This document shows, piece by piece, positions 19,535 to 29,233 of a stretch of 64,000 nucleotides of DNA (position 1 is its first letter; each line of letters starts with the position of its first letter). The notes under the pieces are model-generated. The model had not been told where the DNA came from and did not search any database. It saw only the letters and a list, made by a program, of their open reading frames with translations. Both the position numbers and the translations under genes were made by a program. This stretch comes from Candidatus Eremiobacteria bacterium (GTDB taxonomy: Bacteria; Vulcanimicrobiota; Vulcanimicrobiia; Vulcanimicrobiales; Vulcanimicrobiaceae): contig CAVTRC010000001.1 in assembly GCA_963737065.1 (NCBI GenBank), positions 2,208,001 to 2,272,000 on the forward strand, in the 5' to 3' direction.

Positions 19535-20407
19535 CTAGACGTCACTTCGGCCGGCAAGGCGGTACGATAAGCGCGCGATGCGGTGTGTCGCCGCGTACAT
19601 TGCATTGTAATCCCGAACGTCTTTGCTGTACACGGTGAGGATATACGGTGAGTCTTTGAACGGTTCGACGATCGCGATGTCGTTGCGCGTTCCGTCGATC
19701 TCGCCGGTTTTGTTCGCGACTTGCGTCCCGCGCGGAAGTGCGGCGGGAATGCCGTCGCGATCCGTTTGACCGAGCATGATGTCGATCATGCGCTTGCAAT
19801 GCGCGGGCGTCGCGACGGTCTTTACGTCTTCGCGCGCACCGTGCGCGATTTTATACAGCAACGTCGCCATATCGGACGGCGTGGTGACGTTGTCGTTGTG
19901 ATGCACGATCGCGCTGTAATCGAGAAAATGCCGCTTGAGCGCGGTCGATTTCATTCCGGCGCGGCGGCCGACGGCGTTGACCGTATCGAAACCGAAGAAC
20001 GTCATCAGATAGTTGCTCGCCGTGTTGTCGCTCAACTGAATCATCGGAACCACGAGTTCGCGAACGCTAAAACTCGACCCGTCCGGCTGCTCGCGCATGA
20101 AATCCGAGCCGCCGATGAGATGACGCCGGTACGTCGTGATACGGTCGTCGAGCGTTCCGGGGCTCCGCTCTTCCGTCGCAAACGCCGTCGCCATGATGAG
20201 GACTTTGATCGTGGAGGCCGTCGGAAACACTTGCCGATGATTGAAGGCGAAGACCGGCGGTCCGCCCGCGAGCGTGCGACAGTAGACGCCGATCGTTCCC
20301 GGGACGGTTTGCGCGATTGCTTCGATGCGATTGTACGCGCCGGCATGCGCGCGAATCGGGAGCGCGGCGAACGCGCCGAGCCCCGCAAGAAAGGCGTGGC
20401 GCTTCAC
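19535..20407 (-). CDS. Class A beta-lactamase-like serine hydrolase
   Basis: ASTIK (SxxK), SDNTASN, NKTG; GTG start overlaps upstream stop (GTGA). Confidence 0.85.
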   Translation of the reverse strand: MKRHAFLAGLGAFAALPIRAHAGAYNRIEAIAQTVPGTIGVYCRTLAGGPPVFAFNHRQVFPTASTIKVLIMATAFATEERSPGTLDDRITTYRRHLIGGSDFMREQPDGSSFSVRELVVPMIQLSDNTASNYLMTFFGFDTVNAVGRRAGMKSTALKRHFLDYSAIVHHNDNVTTPSDMATLLYKIAHGAREDVKTVATPAHCKRMIDIMLGQTDRDGIPAALPRGTQVANKTGEIDGTRNDIAIVEPFKDSPYILTVYSKDVRDYNAMYAATHRIARLSYRLAGRSDV

Positions 20408-21198
20408 GAGCCCGTTCCTTGATAATGACGCAGGCCGATACGCCAGAACGCGTACGATGCGAGAAACCACGCCGCGCCGATCGCCGGGGTGAGAAGTCCG
20501 ACGGCTGCATTCAAATGAAGACCCGTTTCGGCTTTCTGCAGAAAATATGTTGCCGGAAAGTAGTTCATGAACGCAAATGGAAAAACGAAGGCGAGCACGA
20601 TGCGGACGCCGCGCGTATAAATGCTGATCGGATATCGCGTGAAGTCCTGCTCCAAAGACATCACGACCCAGCGCAGTGTATCGACGCGAACGAACCAGAA
20701 TGAGAGCGTCGCGACACCTAACGAAATGCCGAGATCGATCAGTGCGCCGCCGATGACGACGAGCGGAACGAACAGCACGAGCAGCGCGTCGACACGAACG
20801 TGCGCCGCCGCGATCGCCGCAATCAGCGTTGCGATACTCAGGAAGATGCCGTCCGGCGAAATCTGCTGCGGCACCGTAAGGACTTGAAAGAGTGTGTCGA
20901 GGGGACGCACGAGAAACCGGTCGAACCGCCCTTCCCGCACGAACTCGGGTACCGTGACGACATTGAAGAAGAGGACGTTGTGAACCTCATGGCCACACAT
21001 CCACAGCGCGTAGAGGAAAAACATCTCGCGGAAACTCCATCCGTTCATAGACGGGAATTGGCGCATCGTCACGTACAGCGCCGCGAGTGCGACGCCGTGA
21101 TAAACGATGGTGAACCCGAACCACATGATGAAGTTCGCCCGGTATTCCAGCATCGTCAAGACATTTACACGCCAATACTGTACGTAGGCCGCAAGCAT
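20404..21198 (-). CDS. ABC-2 family exporter permease (DUF990-like)
   Basis: EYRANF, GWS, GRFDRFLVRP, YPISIY, PFAFMNYFP, YQGTGS. Confidence 0.88.
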   Translation of the reverse strand: MLAAYVQYWRVNVLTMLEYRANFIMWFGFTIVYHGVALAALYVTMRQFPSMNGWSFREMFFLYALWMCGHEVHNVLFFNVVTVPEFVREGRFDRFLVRPLDTLFQVLTVPQQISPDGIFLSIATLIAAIAAAHVRVDALLVLFVPLVVIGGALIDLGISLGVATLSFWFVRVDTLRWVVMSLEQDFTRYPISIYTRGVRIVLAFVFPFAFMNYFPATYFLQKAETGLHLNAAVGLLTPAIGAAWFLASYAFWRIGLRHYQGTGS

Positions 21199-21203
21199 CG
21201 GTG

Positions 21204-22103
21204 ATGCGATTCACCACGCGCGACATCATCCCCGTCACGCAGCCGTATCGTTTGGACCTCACGGTCGACGCGCTGCGCCGTCTCGCGGCGAACGTCGTCG
21301 ACGTGGTGGGCGACGACGGCGCGTATTACCGCGCGCTTTCCAACGGACGTACCACGAGCGCGCTTCGCGTAACGCAATGCGAAGACGGTTCTCTCGAACT
21401 CCAAACAAGCGCGCGTAATTCGCACGCGATCTTGCCGACGGTACGCAAGATGCTCGGTACGGCGTTCGACCTAAGCGATTGGGAAAATCGAGCGTCTGGA
21501 ATTCCGTGGCTTGCGCGCATCGCGCGTGAATGTCGCGGCGTGCATCCGCCGCGATACGCGTCACTCTTCGAAGCGTGCGCACATGCAGTCGTATTTCAAC
21601 AGATAAGCATTCACGCCGCGGCAGCCATCATGCGACGCGTCGTGGAGGCGCTCGGCGAACCGGTGGAAATCGACAGCGTACGGCTCGTTGCGTTTCCGAC
21701 GCCGCGCGCGATGCTGCGCGCGAAGGAGTCAACGGTGCGCGGTGCCGGACTTTCGGCGAACAAAGTGATGCACTTGCGTTCTGTCGCCGAGGCGATCGAT
21801 GGCGGCGACATCTCTGAAGGCGATATCGAAGCGTTGCCGACACCGGCCGCGTCCGAACGCTTGGTGCAAATTCGCGGCATCGGTCCATGGAGCGCGGCCG
21901 TCGTGCTGTTGCGCGGTTTCGGCCGGCTCGACGTCTTCCCGATGCGCGATTCCGGCGTCGCGCGTACGATCAAGCTCCTCTCCGGCGATGCCAACGTCGA
22001 CGTCGACGCCGTGCTCGACCGCTTAGGGCCCGTGCGCGGAATGCTCTACTACCATTTGCTGCTCGGTCGCATCCGCAACCTTATTCCGGTCGCCGCCGAT
22101 TGA
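21204..22103 (+). CDS. AlkA-like DNA-3-methyladenine glycosylase
   Basis: VVFQQIS, AFPTP, GLSANK, IRGIGPWSA helix-hairpin-helix, FPMRD. Confidence 0.85.
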   Translation: MRFTTRDIIPVTQPYRLDLTVDALRRLAANVVDVVGDDGAYYRALSNGRTTSALRVTQCEDGSLELQTSARNSHAILPTVRKMLGTAFDLSDWENRASGIPWLARIARECRGVHPPRYASLFEACAHAVVFQQISIHAAAAIMRRVVEALGEPVEIDSVRLVAFPTPRAMLRAKESTVRGAGLSANKVMHLRSVAEAIDGGDISEGDIEALPTPAASERLVQIRGIGPWSAAVVLLRGFGRLDVFPMRDSGVARTIKLLSGDANVDVDAVLDRLGPVRGMLYYHLLLGRIRNLIPVAAD

Positions 22104-22113
22104 ACCGGGTGCT

Positions 22114-22836
22114 ATGGCTTCGATCTCCACTCCGGTGTTTACCGTCCAACGTTCCGCCAATCGCGCGTTCTTCGATCACGGTTGGCTGAAGACGTACCAT
22201 TCATTTAGCTTCGCCGACTATTTTGACGAGAAAAACCTGCACTGGGGCGCGCTGCGGGTCTTCAACGATGACTGGGTCGCCGCAGGCAAAGGTTTCCCGC
22301 CGCATCCGCATCGCGACATGGAGATCGTGACGTACGTTCTTCAAGGACGTCTCGCGCATCGCGACAGCATGGGAAACGAGGGCATCGTCGGTCCGGGTGG
22401 CGTCCAGTTCATGAGCGCCGGGACCGGCGTTCGCCACAGTGAGTTTAACGACGACGCGGAAGAGCCGTTGCATCTCGTGCAAATGTGGGTGATTCCCGGA
22501 CGTACCGGTGAAGCGCCGTTGTACGGTCAGATGGACTTCGACCCGCACGCGCGGTACAACACATGGCTACGCATCGTCAGCGGCGAGCCGAGCGTCGGCG
22601 CGCCGATCCGCATCACGCAAGAGGCGACGTTTGCGGTGGCACGCGTTGACGGCGTGCTACCTGTCTACGAGTTCACGCCGCAACGGTTCGGTTTTCTCTT
22701 CGTCGCCTCGGGCAACGCTGAAGCGAACGGCGAGAGCCTCCAAACCGGCGACGCCGTCCGCCTCTACGATGTCCGCACACTCCAAATCAAGGGCAGCGCC
22801 GAACTCGTCCTCTGGGACACGCCGCCGGTCGCATAA
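22114..22836 (+). CDS. Pirin family protein
   Basis: HGWLKTYHSFSF, HPHRDMEI, HRDSMGN, MSAGTGVRHSE. Confidence 0.93.
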   Translation: MASISTPVFTVQRSANRAFFDHGWLKTYHSFSFADYFDEKNLHWGALRVFNDDWVAAGKGFPPHPHRDMEIVTYVLQGRLAHRDSMGNEGIVGPGGVQFMSAGTGVRHSEFNDDAEEPLHLVQMWVIPGRTGEAPLYGQMDFDPHARYNTWLRIVSGEPSVGAPIRITQEATFAVARVDGVLPVYEFTPQRFGFLFVASGNAEANGESLQTGDAVRLYDVRTLQIKGSAELVLWDTPPVA

Positions 22837-22842
22837 CGCGCG

Positions 22843-23226
22843 TTACGATCCCTTACCGGATCCGCCGCGTCGGCCTGACGATTTCTTTCCGCGAGCGCCG
22901 CTCGCCATTGCTTGTTCCGCAAGCACCGCCCCTGTTTCGAGAACGACCCCGGCGACTTCCAAGATCGTCCCGAGTTTCTTCGCTCCCCGCGTCGCGTTCG
23001 GCGCGGCCTTCTTCGCTCCGGCCGCGGCCTTCTTTGCTCCGGCTGCGGCTTTCTTTGCGACGTCGGTGCCCTTTTCAACGCCGTCAGCGATCGCTTTCGC
23101 CGGCGACTTCTTCGTCGCAGTCTTCTTGCGGGCAGTCGTCTTCGTCGACGACTTTTTCGCCGTCGACCGTTTTGCCGCGGTCGACTTCTTGCTCGGCGAT
23201 TTTTTACTGGTTTTTCTTGCTGCCAT
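22843..23226 (-). CDS. Lys/Ala/Ser/Thr-rich basic protein (histone H1-like low complexity)
   Basis: GGGGAG RBS; MAARKTSKKSPSKKSTAAK...AKKAAAGAKKAAAG. Confidence 0.7.
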   Translation of the reverse strand: MAARKTSKKSPSKKSTAAKRSTAKKSSTKTTARKKTATKKSPAKAIADGVEKGTDVAKKAAAGAKKAAAGAKKAAPNATRGAKKLGTILEVAGVVLETGAVLAEQAMASGARGKKSSGRRGGSGKGS

Positions 23227-23274
23227 GCTACCGTTCTCCCCCGCATGCCGGACGCTCAAAACGCCGCCCCTCGT

Positions 23275-24066
23275 TTAACCACCTTGCACGACAACCCGCC
23301 GCGAAGCCGCCCGCCAGACCAGCGTCGATAGCGTCCCGAAAAGGCCGAGCCAAACCAGCTGGACGAAGAGATACATTACCCACTGAGCCCGCGGAATGAC
23401 GCCGACATAAATGAGCAACGGCGTCGAGTAAATTGCCGCGAAGGGCAGCGCAAACACGACGCGCCCGATGAGGCCCGGAAAGAACGTCAACGGAATGATC
23501 TGCCCCGAGAGCAGATCGGACACCCACCGCACGACCAACTGCACGGCGAACGTCTCGAGCGTCCAAAACGCGATCGAATTCATGAGGAAATTCAAGAAGA
23601 AGTTCACGCAGTATCCTAAGACAAATGAAAGCGCGAACATCGCCAACGTATCGACGGGCGGCACGTCGATATGAACCAGCAGCAAGGCAAAGAGCAGCGA
23701 AGGGATGACCAACAGCGCGTGCAGCAACGTCTGCCCGATTCCGTCGGAAAAGAAGTACATCGGCACGCTGATCGGCTTCATCAAATCCGTCGCGATGGTG
23801 CCTTCCCGGATCTTCTCACGAATCAGCCGCGTCCCATCAACCTCCAGAATCAACGACATCAACAACGACACCGTCGCATACGTAATCATCGCATGCAACG
23901 GCAAATTGATCGGCATAGCGTTCTGCGAATAAAGCGCCGTCCACAACGACCGCAGCAAATACACGCGCAAAACCAGCGACCCGACCTCGGTCAAAACCTC
24001 CATCCGGTAAGTCGCCTCACGCGCAAACGCCTTTTTCGCAAACTCAACATACGGCGCCGCAATCAC
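23275..24066 (-). CDS. ABC-2 family exporter permease
   Basis: TYR, IREGTIATDLMKP, LSGQIIPLTFFP, LPF, VVVQGG C-terminus. Confidence 0.88.
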   Translation of the reverse strand: MIAAPYVEFAKKAFAREATYRMEVLTEVGSLVLRVYLLRSLWTALYSQNAMPINLPLHAMITYATVSLLMSLILEVDGTRLIREKIREGTIATDLMKPISVPMYFFSDGIGQTLLHALLVIPSLLFALLLVHIDVPPVDTLAMFALSFVLGYCVNFFLNFLMNSIAFWTLETFAVQLVVRWVSDLLSGQIIPLTFFPGLIGRVVFALPFAAIYSTPLLIYVGVIPRAQWVMYLFVQLVWLGLFGTLSTLVWRAASRRVVVQGG

Positions 24067-24118
24067 AAAAATCTCAATTCCAACCAGCGAAAGAACAACC
24101 CAAACGCCCGACGCAACC

Positions 24119-24310
24119 TTGGCGTGGTTCGACTGGCGGCGGCACCGTTCGGCTCGGGGGCGTCTGATTTTTGCGCCCAGACAGGATGTCTGTTACAAAA
24201 CTTGTTCCGCGCAAAAATCAGCCGAGCGAAAAAATCACACGAAGTGATGTTTTCGCGTCCCCCAAAAGGAACCGTCGTATCGGCGCATGAGCCGCGCCAG
24301 TAGCCGCCAA
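24119..24310 (+). repeat. Dispersed structured element, copy A
   Basis: Core GGGGGCG-TGATTTTTGCG-CAGAC(AGGAT)GTCTG-...CGCAAAAATCA-GCGAAAA..TTTTCGC-CCCCC is shared with the 28540 and 35064 copies. Confidence 0.85.
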
Positions 24311-24967
24311 TCAGCGTTTGGGCTTGTTCTTGAGCGCATCGCGGCGTCGAGCTTCCATCTCCTGAAGCTCCAGCATCATCACATCGACAACGGTTTCCGC
24401 TTCAACCGGGGCCGCCAAGGTGTCTTTGTCTTCACGCGGACGGCCTGCCGGAGCCGTGCCGACGTGCGCATCGAGCACGGCGTCTTGCGCGTGCGTCTTG
24501 CGCAAGAACTGCGCGTAGGTCAGCGCCGCCCTCGCATTCGCGTCGGGTGCTTTTTCGATATTGAACACCGCTTCGTTGAAGTCGCCGGCGGGTTGTTTCA
24601 CCGCGTTTGGTGCTACTCGCGCGTTCGATTGAATCGTTACACCGTTGTAGACGCGGGCGCCGCTGCCGATCGCGCAGCCCTTTTGTAGCGTAGCTCCGGC
24701 GACGAACGCATGCGGTCCGATCATGCAGCGGTCGCCGATGGTGACCGGAAACTGCAACGCGCGTCCACCGCTCGATTTCACGACCGCGTGCTCCATGACG
24801 ACGCAATCCGATCCGATCGTTACGGGCGCGCCCTCCGCCGTGATGATCGCACCGTGCAAGACGGCGCAGCCCGCCCCGATCGTGACATCGCCGCTCACCG
24901 TTGCGCTCGGCGCGACGTAGGCGCTCGCATGAATCTTCGGCTTCTTCGTTCCGCTTGACAGAATCAT
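24311..24967 (-). CDS. Gamma-carbonic-anhydrase/hexapeptide-repeat (PaaY-like) protein
   Basis: PKIHASAYVAPSATVSGDVTIG hexapeptide repeats. Confidence 0.82.
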   Translation of the reverse strand: MILSSGTKKPKIHASAYVAPSATVSGDVTIGAGCAVLHGAIITAEGAPVTIGSDCVVMEHAVVKSSGGRALQFPVTIGDRCMIGPHAFVAGATLQKGCAIGSGARVYNGVTIQSNARVAPNAVKQPAGDFNEAVFNIEKAPDANARAALTYAQFLRKTHAQDAVLDAHVGTAPAGRPREDKDTLAAPVEAETVVDVMMLELQEMEARRRDALKNKPKR

Positions 24968-25115
24968 AGGAGCGGTGTCCGCGCGCGAACGTCCGATCTC
25001 CTGGACGAAAGCGAGCTTACTCTAAGTAGCTTATGATGGGTCTTATGGCCCAAGGACCGTTGGGCAAAGCATGGTAAGGTAGAGCTGCCGCGTAGGCTCT
25101 TTGAGGAACCGACAC

Positions 25116-25676
25116 ATGTCCCTTGACTTCCATACTGCTATCACGCCGTCTAAAGACATCGTGTTAAAACGACGTGCTTTCAGCTCCGTTGTGTTAGTGA
25201 GCGAACAGCTCACTATCGAGTGTGCGCACCCGGGCGCGCTCGAACTCCTTTCCAAAAAACTCGGAATGCCGGCCGAATCTCTCGACCGCTTTCCCCTTCC
25301 GATCGAACGTCAATTGCGCGATGCCGTGCGACGCGTCGACGCGAGCGGACGCGATATCGTAATCGAACCCGTCCCGTCGCTCTTGATTCGCGTCTCGCGG
25401 TTACGCGGCGCGGACGGTCACGCCGTTACGGCACTGCTCGTCGAAGAGCGCACCGTTCGCGATGCGGCTAAGCGCGCGCGGCAAGAATATCGCCTCACCA
25501 ATCGCGAGAGCGAAGTGTTGCGCCTGGTGCTGCGCGGAAAATCGGGCGAGCAGATCGCGCGACACATGTGCATCGCTGAAACGACCGTTGCCGACTACAT
25601 CAAAGCGCTGCTACGAAAGACGTTTTCGAAGAATCGCGCCGAGATGATCGCGCGCATTTGCGACGAGACGTTTTAG
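25116..25676 (+). CDS. LuxR-type HTH transcriptional regulator
   Basis: LTNRESEVLRLVLRGKS..QIA...IAETTV..Y...LLRK C-terminal HTH. Confidence 0.85.
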   Translation: MSLDFHTAITPSKDIVLKRRAFSSVVLVSEQLTIECAHPGALELLSKKLGMPAESLDRFPLPIERQLRDAVRRVDASGRDIVIEPVPSLLIRVSRLRGADGHAVTALLVEERTVRDAAKRARQEYRLTNRESEVLRLVLRGKSGEQIARHMCIAETTVADYIKALLRKTFSKNRAEMIARICDETF

Positions 25677-26690
25677 GTCGTGTAGTCGGGAATCACATCT
25701 TCCGACGTACGATACCCCTCCAGGTAAATGCGCCGGATGATCGATTCCAAATCGGGTTCTTCCAGCGTGACGTCCTGGAGTCTATAACGCTCGCTCGCCT
25801 CGCGGATTAAGAGATCCGCTCGTTGTACGATTTCGGTCGAAGCGGAAGCGCGCGATTGTCCCATCGCATTCTTCGAGCTCGGCGCCCGGCAGGTGCGGTA
25901 TCGCGATACGGTTTTCGAATCGAAGCACGAGGCGGCGGAATCGGCCGTACTCCGTCTTGATTCGCTCGACATCGCCGTCGTAGATGATCGTTCCGTGATC
26001 GATCAGCACGATGCGGCGGCACAACCGCTCGACGTCCGCGAGATCGTGCGTCGTGAGAATGATCGTCGTGCCGCGCTCCGCATTGATTCGTGCGATGAAT
26101 TCGCGAATCGCTTCTTTTGCCACGACGTCGAGCCCAATCGTTGGTTCATCGAGGTAGACGATCTTCGGATCGTGCAGCAACGCTGCGGCGAAGTCGCCGC
26201 GCATGCGTTGTCCGAGCGAGAGCTGACGAACCGGCGTGCGCAAGAAGTCGTCCATTTGCAGCAGCTGAATGAATTCATCGAGGTTGCGCTTGTAGGCCGT
26301 TTGCGGGATCCCATAGATCGCGCGTAACAACTCGAAGGACTCGATCAGCGGCAGATCCCAGTAGAGCTGGCTTCGCTGTCCGAACACGACGCCGATATTG
26401 CGAGCGTTCTCTTTCCGGCGTTCGTACGGAATGAGCCCCGCAACATCGATCGTCCCGGACGTCGGAACCAAAATGCCGGTTAGCATCTTGATCGTCGTCG
26501 ATTTTCCCGCGCCGTTTGGTCCGATGTATCCGACCAACTCGCCCGCTTCGAGGGACATCGACACGCGATCGACCGCCACGCGTTCCTCATACGTGTGCGA
26601 GAAGAGCGTGCGGATCGCGCCGAGCGCTCCGGGCGTACGTCGAACGCTGCGGAACACTTTTCGCAAGTCGCGGGTCTCGATGATCGCCAT
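25673..26690 (-). CDS. ABC exporter ATP-binding protein (frameshift near 25830)
   Basis: GPNGAGKST, FGQRSQL, LSLGQRMR, LDEPTIGLD; C-terminal EEPDLESIIRRIY is in a second frame. Confidence 0.9.
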
Positions 26691-26708
26691 CGCTAAACTT
26701 CTTTCGCT

Positions 26709-27314
26709 GTGATCGTCACGATCTCCAACAAATACGGATCCGGTGCCGTAGACATCGCTGCGCGCGCCGCCGCGCAGCTCGGATATACGGTTGTAGACCG
26801 TCAGCTGCCGGTCGTCGTTGCAAAGCGGATGCGGATTAGCCGTAGCGTCGCGCAGGAAGCCGAAGAATCGGGCCGTTCGCTCGGCTCGCGCCTGCTCACC
26901 AGCCTCGAACTCGCAACGCCGGAAGTCGTTGCGGAGAAGTTCGGCGAGACGTTCGATGAATCGTTGTTGCGAGAGGTGCAGCGCGCGGTGCGCGACTATG
27001 CTGCGCGCGGCAACTGTATCATCGTCGGGCGCGCCGCATCCGTGATTCTCGGGCGGCGTCCGGACGTGCTGCGCGTCTATATGTTTGCTCCGCGCGAGTG
27101 GCGCATCGAGCGCCTCGTGCAAACGCTCGGCGTCGATGAGAAAGCGGCAAGCGCCGAAGTCGATCGAATGGATCGCGCGCGTCGCGCGCATTTGCGCGAT
27201 TGGTACAACGTCGACATGGGATCATCGGAGCTCGTCGATCTCGCGATCGACACATCGACATTCGGCGAAGAAGCCTCCGCAAAGCTAATCGTCGCGGCGG
27301 TGCATGCGCGATAG
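26709..27314 (+). CDS. Cytidylate kinase-like family protein
   Basis: IVTISNKYGSG, CIIVGRAA, RVYMFAPREWRI, DLAIDTS. Confidence 0.85.
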   Translation: MIVTISNKYGSGAVDIAARAAAQLGYTVVDRQLPVVVAKRMRISRSVAQEAEESGRSLGSRLLTSLELATPEVVAEKFGETFDESLLREVQRAVRDYAARGNCIIVGRAASVILGRRPDVLRVYMFAPREWRIERLVQTLGVDEKAASAEVDRMDRARRAHLRDWYNVDMGSSELVDLAIDTSTFGEEASAKLIVAAVHAR

Positions 27315-28533
27315 CGGCGCCCGTACGATCCTCGCGCCGCTGCGCTTTCGCGATTTTCGTCTGCTTTGGATCGGGTTGATGGTTTCGAATCTCGGCACGT
27401 GGATGCAGTTCACCGCCATGGGATTCTTCGTGTCGCAACTCGCGGGCTCGCCGCATCGTGCGGCGCTCTATCTTGGGATCATCGGCGGCGCCCGCGCCGT
27501 TCCGGTGATGCTGCTGTCGCCGGTCGCGGGCGTCATCGCGGATACGCAGCCGCGTCGGCGCGTGCTCGTCATGACAAATGTAACGATGTCGCTCGCCGCC
27601 CTGGCATTAGCGGTGCTCGCAACGATTCATCACTTGAGCATGATCGGGCTCGTCGTGATCTCCGCGGTGAACGCGGCTGCAAACGCGTTCGATTCGCCGG
27701 TGCGGCAAAGTTGGACGCCGCATCTCGTGGATCGTCCGCTGGTCGGCAATGCCATCGGCCTCTCGTCCGTCGCATTCAACGCTCCGGCCGTTATCGGTCC
27801 CGCCATTGCAGGCGTGCTGATCGTCTGGGTCGGTGTCGCGGGCTCGTTTTACGTCAATGCGGTCGCAACGCTCGCGGTCGTCGTCGCGATCATGATGATG
27901 GCGCCCTCGCCGCCGTCCGGAGCAACGCGCGAGCCGATGCTCGAATCGATTCGCACGGGCTTACACTTTCTCGCAAACCACGCAATCCTGCGATGGATCA
28001 TTCTCGTCTTCATCGTAACGGCGATCCTCGTGCGTCCCTACAGTCAGCTGATCCCCGCATTTATCGTTAACACGCTCAACGGTGACGCACGAGCGTTAGG
28101 CTGGACCGTCGCGGCGGTCGGCATCGGCGGCTTCGGCGGCGCACTCGTCACCGCAGCCTTCGCCGGCCGCGAACGCCGGTCGACACAATGGGTGATCGCC
28201 GGATCGCTAATGTCGGCCGGCGTGCTCGCGCTAGGGTTCATCTGGAACATCGGTTTTACGATCCCCGTTTTCTTCGCAATCGGCCTCGGCACACTGGCGT
28301 TCCTCGGAGCCTCGAACACGCTCATCCAAACGCTATCGCCCGACGACGTGCGCGGCCGCGCAATATCTGTCTACACGATGGTAGCGGTCGGCATCGTCCC
28401 CGGTGGCTCGCTCGTTCTCGGCGCCATCGCCGCCGTAATCGGCCTGCACCTCACGTTCGCGATAGCCGGTGCGACCTGTCTCCTCATAGTCCTCAGCGTA
28501 TATGTATTCCGCCCCATCATTCGCACCGTATAA
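27304..28533 (+). CDS. MFS transporter
   Basis: FRLLWIG..VSNLGTWMQ, GVIAD..PRRR, IGPAIAG, about 12 TM. Confidence 0.92.
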   Translation: MRDSGARTILAPLRFRDFRLLWIGLMVSNLGTWMQFTAMGFFVSQLAGSPHRAALYLGIIGGARAVPVMLLSPVAGVIADTQPRRRVLVMTNVTMSLAALALAVLATIHHLSMIGLVVISAVNAAANAFDSPVRQSWTPHLVDRPLVGNAIGLSSVAFNAPAVIGPAIAGVLIVWVGVAGSFYVNAVATLAVVVAIMMMAPSPPSGATREPMLESIRTGLHFLANHAILRWIILVFIVTAILVRPYSQLIPAFIVNTLNGDARALGWTVAAVGIGGFGGALVTAAFAGRERRSTQWVIAGSLMSAGVLALGFIWNIGFTIPVFFAIGLGTLAFLGASNTLIQTLSPDDVRGRAISVYTMVAVGIVPGGSLVLGAIAAVIGLHLTFAIAGATCLLIVLSVYVFRPIIRTV

Positions 28534-28539
28534 CAGACG

Positions 28540-28736
28540 GGTTTGGCGTGTTGTGAATCTGCCCCAGAGTCCTTGGGCTCGGTTCCGGGGTTTGGGATTT
28601 TTGCGCCCACACAGGACGTGTGTTTCAGAACTTGTTCTGCGCAAAAATCGCGGAAGCGAAAAATCACACGAAGTGATTTTTCAGCGGCCCCGGAACCGAC
28701 CCCAAGAGCTCTGGGCACATTCACAACACGCAAACC
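28540..28736 (+). repeat. Dispersed structured element, copy B
   Basis: Same core as copy A, enclosed by ~50 bp inverted arms GGTTTGGCGTGTTGTGAAT... / ...ATTCACAACACGCAAACC. Confidence 0.9.
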
Positions 28737-28750
28737 AAGGCCCGCGCAAC

Positions 28751-28779
28751 AAAAAAGCGAGCCGCATGGTGCGGCTCGC
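28751..28779 (-). terminator. Intrinsic terminator downstream of the basic-protein gene
   Basis: Hairpin GCGAGCCGCA-TGG-TGCGGCTCGC preceded by A6 (U tract on the minus strand). Confidence 0.75.
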
Positions 28780-28806
28780 AAATGAGGCGTAAAAAACGCC
28801 GGTAAG

Positions 28807-29157
28807 TTAAGCTGCTGCTTTCTTCCGGCGCGATGATTTACGGCGAGTAGTCTTGCGAGCCGAAGCCTTACGCGTCGATTTGCGGGCGCTCGACTTGCGC
28901 GTGCTCTTCTTGCGCGAGGTTTTCTTACGGCCTGCGGTTTTTTTGCGTGCGCCGGCGGTCTTCTTGCGTCCGGCGGCGCTCTTCTTACGTCCGGCAGTGC
29001 TCTTCTTGCGTCCGCCTGCAGACTTCTTCCGAGAAGTCTTGCGGCGCGTCGTCGTCGCTTTCTTACGCGTACTCTTGCGGCCGGCTGATTTACGGCGCGG
29101 AGCCGCTTTTTTCGCAGCAGGTTTCGCCGCCGCTTTCTTTCTCCGTTTGACTGCCAT
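28807..29157 (-). CDS. Histone H1/Hc2-like Lys/Arg-rich protein
   Basis: GAGAGGA RBS; 116 aa with no acidic residue; repeated RKK(S/T)xxG units; own terminator. Confidence 0.8.
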   Translation of the reverse strand: MAVKRRKKAAAKPAAKKAAPRRKSAGRKSTRKKATTTRRKTSRKKSAGGRKKSTAGRKKSAAGRKKTAGARKKTAGRKKTSRKKSTRKSSARKSTRKASARKTTRRKSSRRKKAAA

Positions 29158-29233
29158 GTGCGTGGAGTCGTCCTCTCTCTGGTAGTTAAGCAACCAGGGT
29201 TGTTGCCTTCCTTATACACAATATCGACCGTCA

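Noticed and set aside
19535..20407. Bona fide antibiotic-resistance beta-lactamase
   Set aside because: SxxK/SDN/KTG are present, but the region where the class A omega-loop Glu is expected reads FLDYSAIV; better called a serine hydrolase
24975..25110. c-di-GMP-I riboswitch upstream of luxR (GGACGAAAGC...TCTAAG...TATGAT)
   Set aside because: No GNRA-capped P2 and no convincing P1; only fragmentary similarity. An Rfam cmscan would settle it
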